Program-made: the position numbers and the translations under genes
Shown here: piece after piece, positions 56,699 through 64,000 of the stretch
Layout of the letters: each line of letters opens with the position of its first letter
How positions within the stretch are numbered: the first letter of the stretch is position 1
Notes under the pieces: generated by a model
What the model was told of the DNA's origin: nothing
Database searches by the model: none
Seen by the model: only the letters and a program-made list of their open reading frames with translations
DNA from: Candidatus Kaiserbacteria bacterium
Lineage (GTDB): Bacteria; Patescibacteriota; Minisyncoccia; Phycocordibacterales; Phycocordibacteraceae
NCBI GenBank assembly: GCA_963813065.1
Contig: CAWEXP010000008.1
Location: 73,289 to 137,288, forward strand
Length of the DNA stretch: 64,000 bases
Direction of reading: 5' to 3'

Positions 56699-57418
56699 AT
56701 GAATCTCCCGATTCTCTATGAGGATGCCGACGTGGTCGCGGTCAATAAGCCTGCGGGACTCGTCACGCACCGCGACGGAAGAACGATAGAAGAAAGCGCC
56801 GACGAGTGGTTCAAAAAGAAGTATTCCGAGGTGACGCTGGAGCGGCCGTACGTGCATCGGCTCGACCGCGATACCTCGGGTGTGTTGGTGTTCGCAAAAA
56901 ATGAAGCGGCGTACGATTTTCTCCGCAAAGCATTTACGGATAGGGACGTGAAGAAAGAATATCTCGCCTTTGTATACGGCGTGCCGAAAGAGAAAAACGG
57001 CACGATTGATTTCGATATTGGCCGCTCGCGAAAAGATTTCCGTTTGCGCAGTGCCCAGCCAAAGGCGCGCGGCACGCTCCGCTCTGCGGTGACGAAGTAC
57101 ACTGTGCTCGATACCGACGAGGGAGGCCAGCACGCCCTCTTGAAGGTGGAGCCCGAGACCGGTCGCACGCACCAGATCCGCGTGCACCTGAAGGCGATTC
57201 ATCATCCAATCGTTTCTGATCCACTCTATGCGCCGAATCAGCCGCACGACCTCGGCTTGAATCGTCTCGGCCTACACGCGTATCAGATTGAGCTCCCGCT
57301 CCCATCCGGTACTCAAAAAATAATCACCGCGCCCATTCCCAACGATTTGAAGATCGCGTTTGCGCAGTTTCCTCAGCAAAGGTATCTTTCAGGACAGGCA
57401 CTGAACGGAGTGAATTGA
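56699..57418 (+). CDS. RluA-family pseudouridine synthase
   Basis: HRLDRDTSGVLVFAKN catalytic Asp motif. Confidence 0.85.
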   Translation: MNLPILYEDADVVAVNKPAGLVTHRDGRTIEESADEWFKKKYSEVTLERPYVHRLDRDTSGVLVFAKNEAAYDFLRKAFTDRDVKKEYLAFVYGVPKEKNGTIDFDIGRSRKDFRLRSAQPKARGTLRSAVTKYTVLDTDEGGQHALLKVEPETGRTHQIRVHLKAIHHPIVSDPLYAPNQPHDLGLNRLGLHAYQIELPLPSGTQKIITAPIPNDLKIAFAQFPQQRYLSGQALNGVN

Positions 57419-57419
57419 T

Positions 57420-57683
57420 TTGGAACACGGTCAAAAAGTTCTGCTGGAGCGACTTGTCACGCATCTCGTTATCACGCACCCGTTGCCCTGGCGTATCGAG
57501 TCGGATTGGACGCAAGAAGTAACTGCCGCCGACGGTACGATCATTGTGAAGTGTCTGACTACGGAAGAAGCACAAGCACTCATCGACTTGGCCGAGAAGA
57601 AACGGAAGGAACTGGACGAACCGAGCGAAGCAGAGCTCATTAGTCAATTCCGCGCAGTATTTCCTCGGCAGAAGTGTCGATAA
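57420..57683 (+). CDS. Hypothetical protein
   Basis: 87-aa ORF immediately following rluA. Confidence 0.3.
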   Translation: MEHGQKVLLERLVTHLVITHPLPWRIESDWTQEVTAADGTIIVKCLTTEEAQALIDLAEKKRKELDEPSEAELISQFRAVFPRQKCR

Positions 57684-57752
57684 ACCAATCACGGCGGGCC
57701 AAGTGCCCGCCGTTTTGCTTTTTTATGAGGCCAGTGCTACAGTGCGCGGACT

Positions 57753-58220
57753 ATGAAGGTGATGACGCCAGTCAATGTCGAGGGGCGCGCCAAGCTCGGG
57801 ATCCGCCCGGGTGACACTGTGCGCGTCACCCAGAAGATTGTCGAGCTCAAGAAGGGCAAGGCCGCCAACAAGAAGGAGGTCTCGACCAAGACCGCGCGCA
57901 CCCAGGTCTTCGAGGGCCTCGTGCTGGCGGTCAAGCACGGGCGGGAAGCGGGCGCGATGTTCACCGTCCGCGCGACCCTCTCGGGCGTCGGCGTCGAGAA
58001 AATTTTCCCGCTCTATTCGCCCGCCATCGATTCTATCGAGATTGTGAAGCGTTCCAAGGTCCGCCGCGCCAAGCTCTACTTCATCCGCGAGAAGGCGGCC
58101 AAGGTGGTCCGCCGCCAGCTTAGGAACGCGCGCATGATGCACGTGAAGAGCGACGAGGAGATGCCCGTTGCTGAGGTTGCCGAGGCAGAGGCACCAGTCG
58201 CCGCAGAGGTCGCGGCATAA
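57753..58220 (+). CDS. rplS: 50S ribosomal protein L19 with Ala/Glu-rich C-terminal extension
   Basis: IRPGDTVRVTQKIVELKKGK...FEGLVLAVKHG...FTVRATLSGVGVEKIFPLYSP...KVRRAKLYFIR. Confidence 0.85.
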   Translation: MKVMTPVNVEGRAKLGIRPGDTVRVTQKIVELKKGKAANKKEVSTKTARTQVFEGLVLAVKHGREAGAMFTVRATLSGVGVEKIFPLYSPAIDSIEIVKRSKVRRAKLYFIREKAAKVVRRQLRNARMMHVKSDEEMPVAEVAEAEAPVAAEVAA

Positions 58221-58285
58221 GAGAAACATCCGGTTATCCACCGGATTTTTGTTAAAATAAACTGGTATACGCTTATACTTGAGGT

Positions 58286-58990
58286 ATGGCGAAACGCGGG
58301 GCAAAGCCGAAGGGGAGGGAAGTGAGGTGGTCATCAGAATTGGCATATGCAGTTGGGTTGATGGCCTCGGATGGATGCTTATCAAGTGACGGAAGGCATC
58401 TCCTCTTCGTTTCAAAAGATATTGAGCAAATCCGGAATCTTAAGAAGTGTCTCGGATTAAAAGCGAAAGGTGAAAATCATCGACCGGGGCGGAAACGAGG
58501 AGTCGGCATTTGTTACCGCATCCAGTGGAGCGATGTCATTTTGTATAGTTTTTTGTCAGATGTTGGACTTACTCCACACAAATCACGCACTCTCGGGCCA
58601 CTCAACATACCCGATGCATATTTCTTTGATTTCTTGCGCGGAAGCTTCGATGGCGATGGTTCTTTTTATAGTTATTACGACCCGCGCTGGAAGTCGAGCT
58701 TCATGTATTACCTGTCTTTCAATTCAGCGAGTCTCGCCCATACGCTCTGGATACGTACAGTGCTCAAGCGCCTCATCGGAGTTCGAGGGCATGTTTCAAG
58801 AACGAAGCCGGACACACAAAAAAAGAATCCCATAGCAAGTTTACGCTATGCAAAAAAGGAGGCCTTGGTTGTTGTGCGCGCGATGTATGCGATGCCAGAT
58901 GCGCCACACCTCTCGCGTAAGAAGTTGAAAATCAAGCGTACATTGCGTATAGTGGGAAAGTCTTTGCTTGCACAGTCAGCAAGAGATTGA
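58286..58990 (+). CDS. Double-motif LAGLIDADG homing endonuclease
   Basis: Motifs LAYAVGLMASDGCL and FLRGSFDGDGSF. Stop 9 nt before tRNA-Leu(GAG). Confidence 0.75.
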   Translation: MAKRGAKPKGREVRWSSELAYAVGLMASDGCLSSDGRHLLFVSKDIEQIRNLKKCLGLKAKGENHRPGRKRGVGICYRIQWSDVILYSFLSDVGLTPHKSRTLGPLNIPDAYFFDFLRGSFDGDGSFYSYYDPRWKSSFMYYLSFNSASLAHTLWIRTVLKRLIGVRGHVSRTKPDTQKKNPIASLRYAKKEALVVVRAMYAMPDAPHLSRKKLKIKRTLRIVGKSLLAQSARD

Positions 58991-58999
58991 CAAGATAGC

Positions 59000-59084
59000 G
59001 CCCGGGTGGCGAAACTGGCAGACGTACCACCTTGAGGTGGTGGCGCCCGTTAAGGGCATGGAGGTTCGAGTCCTCTCCCGGGCA
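59000..59084 (+). tRNA. tRNA-Leu (anticodon GAG)
   Basis: Acceptor GCCCGGG/CCCGGGC, anticodon stem CCACC/GGTGG with loop TTGAGGT, long variable arm, T-arm GGAGGTTCGAGTCCTCT. Confidence 0.85.
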
Positions 59085-59165
59085 CAACAGTCAGCACGCG
59101 GTCTTTAGACCGTTTGGCCCTAAGTAGGCCGTAGTTTTGGTGCGGTACCTTTAGGGGTGTTTGAC

Positions 59166-59200
59166 GACAAAACCGCGCGATATTCATCGCGCGGTTTTGC
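59166..59200. terminator. Hairpin terminator (aaccgcgcga / tcgcgcggtt) flanked by A- and T-runs
   Basis: acaaaaccgcgcgatattcatcgcgcggttttgc. Confidence 0.4.
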
Positions 59201-59210
59201 TATGGTCGCT

Positions 59211-60032
59211 CTAATTCTCGAGTGCGATCTTTCGGTCCTTCATAATAATCTTTCCTTTCAGATGTCCGAGCAGTTCTCGTTGCTCGGCTGGCGATCCGTT
59301 CTCAAGCAGGTACTTCGCATATTTCCGCACGTCCATCTCATCCGCTTTCACCTTCTCGCTTTTATCCTGCATCGCCGCTCGCAGTTTGTTGTATCGGGAT
59401 ACTTCTTTCTCGATAAGATGCCGCGCCCCTATCTCGTCGAGATTGATGTTGTCCAAGAGAGCCAGCAGTTGCTCGATCAATCGATCCTCTCGGATATAGG
59501 GATTCTTGCACGCACGATTCTTGGACTTGGAGCAGGAGTAGTACACGTAGAAGTGGAAGCCACCATCAGCGGCATTTTTGTGTTTCTCTTGAGACGTAAT
59601 GCCACTCCCACATACTCCGCAGATCATGATCTTAGTGAAGGTCACGTCGTGCGTCTTGAGCTTTGGACGGCTCTCCTCCGCAAGCTTCTCCTGTACCGCT
59701 TGGAAGAGGTCGCGCGTGATGAGTGGGGTATGCTTGCCGGTATACCAGTTGCCCGAGCCCTTGGGATACTCGAAGACGCCACAGTATAGGGAGTTCCTGA
59801 GCAGATTATAAATATTGCTCAAGCTCATGGTCTTATTCGTGCGCGATAAGAAGTGCAGGTCGCTCTTGAGCCAGTGGTATATCTTTCTGCCGCTCCACCG
59901 TTCATTGCCCACCTTCTCGAACATCTGTTTCATCACTCCCGAGCGCAGAGGGTCGACGAGCATTTCGCATTTGTGGTCACTCCGTTTGTCATTGAGGTAT
60001 CCGCAGGGCGCGAGTCCTGGCCAGAGGCCCAT
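59211..60032 (-). pseudogene. 5'-truncated large serine recombinase remnant (paralogue of 51355..52698)
   Basis: 273-aa ORF alignable to the C-terminal ~270 aa of the intact recombinase ([27 protein letters not shown] vs [27 protein letters not shown]). No resolvase catalytic domain upstream. Confidence 0.7.
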
Positions 60033-60118
60033 CTCGGCCCGTGCTTTCCCTTCAAGGGGCGGGGTACGGTTAATAAAAATAGGCGTAGCCGCCGTGATAC
60101 GATACTAGTAATTGCTCT

Positions 60119-61516
60119 ATGCGCAGGATTATTTTTGGACGGGGAATATTACTCGTATTGCTCGCGGGTGTCGTATTTGATACTTCGCGCGTTACATTCG
60201 CGGCGGATACTGCATCGCAGAATTATCAAGTACTCGCACCGGTTATCACAACTGGTGGAGGATACGCGAGTTCAAACAATTATTCCGTCCTTGGCGTTAT
60301 TTCCGAATTTTCTCACGACCTTTCAAATTCAACATCTTTTAATCTCGTTCCCGGGTTTGCGGCTTACCCGTTCGTTTCAACGCCGGTCGTAAGTGTTACT
60401 GCTGGAGATGGCTCGGCAAGCCTGTCGTGGACCGCCGCAACAGGCGTCCTCGGCTATTCCGTCTCCGGATATTCTATTGGGAAATCGAGCACTTCCGGAG
60501 GTCCGTATTCATTTACTTCGATTGGGAATGTTCTCTCCAGTTCCGTTTCGAGTCTGACAAACGGCTCGACCTATTACTTCGTTATTCGCGTGCATGATCC
60601 CTACAGCATCGTTATCGCCACATCTTCAGAAGTTTCTGCAACGCCAGCTAACGCCTGCACTGGAGTTACTACCTGCGGTGTATGTGGCAATTCCGCGTGT
60701 GTCAACAACAATAATAATAATGGCGGCGGCGGCGGTGGCGGAGGAGGTGGTGGAGGGTCAATTGCACCGCCGACCGTTACTTCTTCCGGCAACGCGACCG
60801 TGAATTTTAGCGGGCGAGCGTATCCTCGCAGTACAATCACTCTGCTGAAAGATGCTCAAGTAGTGACATCGACTGTTGCGGATGCTAACGCAGCTTTCCA
60901 GATCTCTTTGTCCAACATGTCCGGAGGCAATTATATTTTCTCGGTTTATAGCGAAGATTCCGCAGGAAACCGCTCTAGCCTCCTTTCGTTCCCCGTCAGC
61001 GTTACAGCAGGGGCGACTACCAATATCGGCGGCATCTTTATCAGCCCGACGATTGATGTTGATAAAAGCCAGGTAAAACAAGGCGACAATTTAACCATCT
61101 TCGGACAGAGTTCCCCACAAAGTTCCATTACCATCACCGTCAATTCTACCAACGAGCTTTTCTTGCAGGCCAAGTCCGATTCTATCGGCGCATATCTCTA
61201 CAATCTCGATACGAGTCCTCTCGAAATGGGTTCGCACTCGACAAAATCAAAAGCGGCGTTATCAGGCGGGATAAGTGATTTCGGTCAAACAGTCGCTTTT
61301 GATGTAGGGACCCAAAATGTTCTGAAGAAAGCTACACAAAAAACTATTGTCGGTGATCTTGCTGGTCACGGGCGTGTCAATCTCGTTGATTTTTCTATCA
61401 TGGTGTACTGGTTCCATCGTCCGCTTTCAGGCAACGGTCTGAAAGCAGATCTCAACCACGATGGTAAAGTCGATCTCGTCGATCTCTCCATACTGGCGTC
61501 CCACTGGACCGGATAA
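60119..61516 (+). CDS. Secreted surface protein with Ig/FN3-like repeats, poly-Asn/Gly tract and C-terminal dockerin-like repeat
   Basis: Signal peptide. NNNNNNGGGGGGGGGGGS low-complexity tract. C-terminal DLNHDGKVDLVDLSILASHW resembles a dockerin Ca-binding repeat. Confidence 0.5.
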   Translation: MRRIIFGRGILLVLLAGVVFDTSRVTFAADTASQNYQVLAPVITTGGGYASSNNYSVLGVISEFSHDLSNSTSFNLVPGFAAYPFVSTPVVSVTAGDGSASLSWTAATGVLGYSVSGYSIGKSSTSGGPYSFTSIGNVLSSSVSSLTNGSTYYFVIRVHDPYSIVIATSSEVSATPANACTGVTTCGVCGNSACVNNNNNNGGGGGGGGGGGGSIAPPTVTSSGNATVNFSGRAYPRSTITLLKDAQVVTSTVADANAAFQISLSNMSGGNYIFSVYSEDSAGNRSSLLSFPVSVTAGATTNIGGIFISPTIDVDKSQVKQGDNLTIFGQSSPQSSITITVNSTNELFLQAKSDSIGAYLYNLDTSPLEMGSHSTKSKAALSGGISDFGQTVAFDVGTQNVLKKATQKTIVGDLAGHGRVNLVDFSIMVYWFHRPLSGNGLKADLNHDGKVDLVDLSILASHWTG

Positions 61517-61521
61517 TTACC

Positions 61522-62415
61522 ATGACCATAAAAAACAGATTCTCATTATTTCTTGCGGCGCTTCTTTTCTTACTGCCAGCAACGGCTTCTGCGGCGACAA
61601 TTTCGTTTCAGGCAGTACCAGTGCATGTCGGTGTAGGCGATGTCGTGCGCGTAAACATTCTCCTTGACAGCGCAATTCCGACTAATGCTTTTTCCGGCAC
61701 CGTGTCTTATTCCGCAGCGACAGTCGAACCAATTGCCATAAGTGACGGGAATTCAATCGTAAACCTATGGGTCACACATCCTACAGTACCGGCTACCGGC
61801 GTTGTAATCCCATTTGCAGGAATTACCCCGGGAGGATTTTCCGGTAACGCCGGAACGCTCTTTTCAATTTTGTTTCGAGCAAAAGCATTAGGACTCGCCG
61901 ATATTTCTATCGGAAATGTTGAAGTGTTGCGTAACGACGGTGCGGGAAGTAAGGAGCCAGTGACGATAAAGCAATTCGCTCTTTCTATAGGGTCGAAACC
62001 TTCTGGAGGATATGTAGAGCCCGCTGACACCACACCGCCAGAACCATTTACCGCATATCTGGGTTCCGATTCGCAATTCAGTGGCGAATCATATCTTGTC
62101 TTCATGGCGGTTGATAAGGGTTCTGGAATAGACCATTATGCGGTCGCCGAAAGTCGCCTACCGTCGTTCTTGTTCCCACTTTTCCCACTTGCGTGGCATA
62201 CAGCAGCAAGTCCGTATGTGCTTGCCGATCAAAATCTAACCAGCACGGTGTATATCAAAGCAGTAGACCGTGCCGGTAACGGGCGATTAAGCATTTATCC
62301 ACCCTCACATCTCTTTACAGTGTATGAAAAGGTTGTGCTTATAGTTATACTTGTGGGAGTCGTCTTTCTTTTCTGGCGGAGATGGGTAGGAAGGCGATTT
62401 AATAAGAACTTATGA
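61522..62415 (+). CDS. Cohesin-like domain protein with C-terminal TM anchor
   Basis: Signal peptide. TISFQAVPVHVGVGDVVRVNILLDSA...FSGTVSYSAATVEPIAISDG resembles a cohesin beta-sandwich. C-terminal TM VVLIVILVGVVFLFW. Confidence 0.4.
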   Translation: MTIKNRFSLFLAALLFLLPATASAATISFQAVPVHVGVGDVVRVNILLDSAIPTNAFSGTVSYSAATVEPIAISDGNSIVNLWVTHPTVPATGVVIPFAGITPGGFSGNAGTLFSILFRAKALGLADISIGNVEVLRNDGAGSKEPVTIKQFALSIGSKPSGGYVEPADTTPPEPFTAYLGSDSQFSGESYLVFMAVDKGSGIDHYAVAESRLPSFLFPLFPLAWHTAASPYVLADQNLTSTVYIKAVDRAGNGRLSIYPPSHLFTVYEKVVLIVILVGVVFLFWRRWVGRRFNKNL

Positions 62416-63890
62416 CATCGCATTCTCGAGCATGTGTGGTGGCGCTTACCGCCCTTGTTTTCGTGCTGCCGTCGGCGACACATGCGGCGACACTCGGCCT
62501 CTCACCAGCCAATGTTTCTGTTACTGCGGGCTCGAGCTTTACTGAAACAGTGATGGTATCGAGCGCAGATCAGGCACTGAATGCCGTTTCCGGGACGCTG
62601 TCATTTCCAACAAATCTTCTCCAAGTAGTCTCGGTTTCGAAAGCGAGTTCAATATTGTCATTGTGGGTCGCGGACCCCTCGTTTTCAAACACCGATGGCA
62701 CAATTTCTTTTAGCGGCATTGATCCAAATCCAGGCTACATAGGCAGTAGCGGCAGAATTTTTTCAATCCAATTCCGCGCGAAGGGAACGGGTACGGCGAC
62801 AATAGTTTTTTCTTCCTCGTCGCAAGTGCTTGCGAATGATGGCAATGGTACGGATATATTGCTTAATACTCAACCTGCAACTATAACCGTTGCCGCTTCT
62901 ACACCTGCTGCAACTCCTACCCCAACTCCTACACCAACACCGACGCCAACATCCTCTTCGTCAACAGTAGGCACCGATCTTCTTGCACAGATCACTTCGT
63001 CGACACACCCGGATCAAACACAATGGTACAAGCTTTCACACGCGATCTTTGACTGGACGAACGCTCAAGGTGTTTCCGCCGTTCGACTCGGATATGACCA
63101 AAACGCAAACGGCAATCCGATCGTTCTGTATACGGAACCAATATCACATAAAGAATTAGATCTGAACGACGGCATCTGGTATTTCCATGTGCAAGAAAAA
63201 GGTTCAAGCGGATGGGGTCCTGTGAGCACGTATAAAATACAAATTGATACTGTGCCGCCTTTGCCATTTACTCTGACATTCTTGAACGGCACGAGCACAC
63301 AATCCGGTAGCCCGATCGCTGTGCAATTTACCGCAACAGATGAACTCTCCGGCATAGATCACTACCAACTTGCGATTGACGGAAAAGAGTCAACGGCGAG
63401 TGCTGATGAAGGGAGTAAACCATATGCCATCACTGCTGATTCTGGCACACATGTGCTTGTCGTGCAGGTATTTGATAAAGCAGGAAATGTGACGAGTGCG
63501 CAAGGAAAGTTTTCGGTGGTAGGCGGAACACCGCCGCCCGCACCATCGCCGCTCTTTACTGTCGGATGGTTGGCGATCAATTATCTCTCTCTAGCTCTTA
63601 TAGCTTTTGCGATACTCGGCACGCTGCTTTTCGGAGCATGGTACATCCGCGTACATTTCTCGGCGTACCGCAGTAATCTCAATCGCCGACTCGGCCTGAC
63701 CCACGCGCATATTCATAAAGAATTCGATAATCTTAAAGATGCTATCACTGAAGAAGTGCTCAGACTCGAACAGGTAAAGTCGGCACGCGCTCTAACCCGC
63801 GAGGAAGAACATCTTGTCGCCCGCTTCAAAAAGCTATTGGACCAAGCCGAAAAAGAGATAGAAAAGGAAATAGAAGACATTCCGAGATAA
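62412..63890 (+). CDS. Cohesin-like domain protein with PT linker, TM and C-terminal coiled coil
   Basis: Paralogous N-terminus (TLGLSPANVSVTAGSSFTETVMVSS...). PT-rich linker TPTPTPTPTPT. TM. Charged coiled-coil tail. Confidence 0.4.
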   Translation: MTSHSRACVVALTALVFVLPSATHAATLGLSPANVSVTAGSSFTETVMVSSADQALNAVSGTLSFPTNLLQVVSVSKASSILSLWVADPSFSNTDGTISFSGIDPNPGYIGSSGRIFSIQFRAKGTGTATIVFSSSSQVLANDGNGTDILLNTQPATITVAASTPAATPTPTPTPTPTPTSSSSTVGTDLLAQITSSTHPDQTQWYKLSHAIFDWTNAQGVSAVRLGYDQNANGNPIVLYTEPISHKELDLNDGIWYFHVQEKGSSGWGPVSTYKIQIDTVPPLPFTLTFLNGTSTQSGSPIAVQFTATDELSGIDHYQLAIDGKESTASADEGSKPYAITADSGTHVLVVQVFDKAGNVTSAQGKFSVVGGTPPPAPSPLFTVGWLAINYLSLALIAFAILGTLLFGAWYIRVHFSAYRSNLNRRLGLTHAHIHKEFDNLKDAITEEVLRLEQVKSARALTREEEHLVARFKKLLDQAEKEIEKEIEDIPR

Positions 63891-64000
63891 ATCTCGGCGA
63901 GACGAGATTTCCTTTATATACAAGCCCGTTTGGCGAGATTATTGTCTGGAGCAGGCGTAGGTCGTGGTCAGTTTGTTTTGAACTATTTTCCTGAACCTCT

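Overview
This 64-kb window looks like a high-GC Candidate Phyla Radiation (CPR/Patescibacteria)-like chromosome, translated with the standard code (TGA/TAA/TAG stops).

Core genes:
- the replication-origin block yidC-rnpA-rpmH (minus) / dnaA-dnaN (plus), with DnaA-box-like motifs between dnaA and dnaN
- PBP1A
- ruvC / YebC-family / ruvB, plus ruvA and ruvX elsewhere
- pilB and a pilM-N-O module
- tsaE, polA, holA-like, rpsT, rplS, uppS, rluA
- nine tRNAs

Accessory content:
- a T4SS-like cluster (PrgI-like, VirB4-like ATPase, secreted and membrane proteins) at 2.5-9.8 kb
- an AT-richer accessory island of about 11 kb (24.4-35.5 kb) between holA and tRNA-Lys
- a serine-recombinase / toxin-antitoxin element beside tRNA-Arg(TCT), and a decayed second copy beside tRNA-Leu(GAG)
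- four homing-endonuclease-type genes (three LAGLIDADG, one HNH), each directly abutting a tRNA gene
- a dockerin/cohesin-like surface-protein operon at the 3' end of the window

Main finding: in the 24.4-35.5 kb island, a cas2-cas1 pair (Cas1 motifs NALNYGYGIL and GLDPYLGLYH; 4-nt ATGA overlap with cas2) sits 32 bp from the last of six identical, co-oriented 37-bp CRISPR-like direct repeats (GTTGCACAATATCCTTTTTCCGAAGGTGGTGTGCAGG). The intervals between repeats are 1.3-3.1 kb and carry whole genes: tyrS, a second class-I aaRS-like gene, a minimal nucleotidyltransferase, a small tyrosine recombinase, a SAM methyltransferase, a DKNYY-repeat secreted protein and hypotheticals. No effector cas gene is visible in the window. 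I read this as a candidate undescribed gene-cassette array that is either integron-like or driven by Cas1-Cas2.

Caveat: at least eight conserved genes (polA, ruvA, a Mur-ligase family gene with 2-3 breaks, a methyltransferase, an LTD protein, a DKNYY protein) are broken by single-nucleotide frameshifts. Two of them map to short A-runs, which points to homopolymer indel errors in the assembly rather than real pseudogenes.
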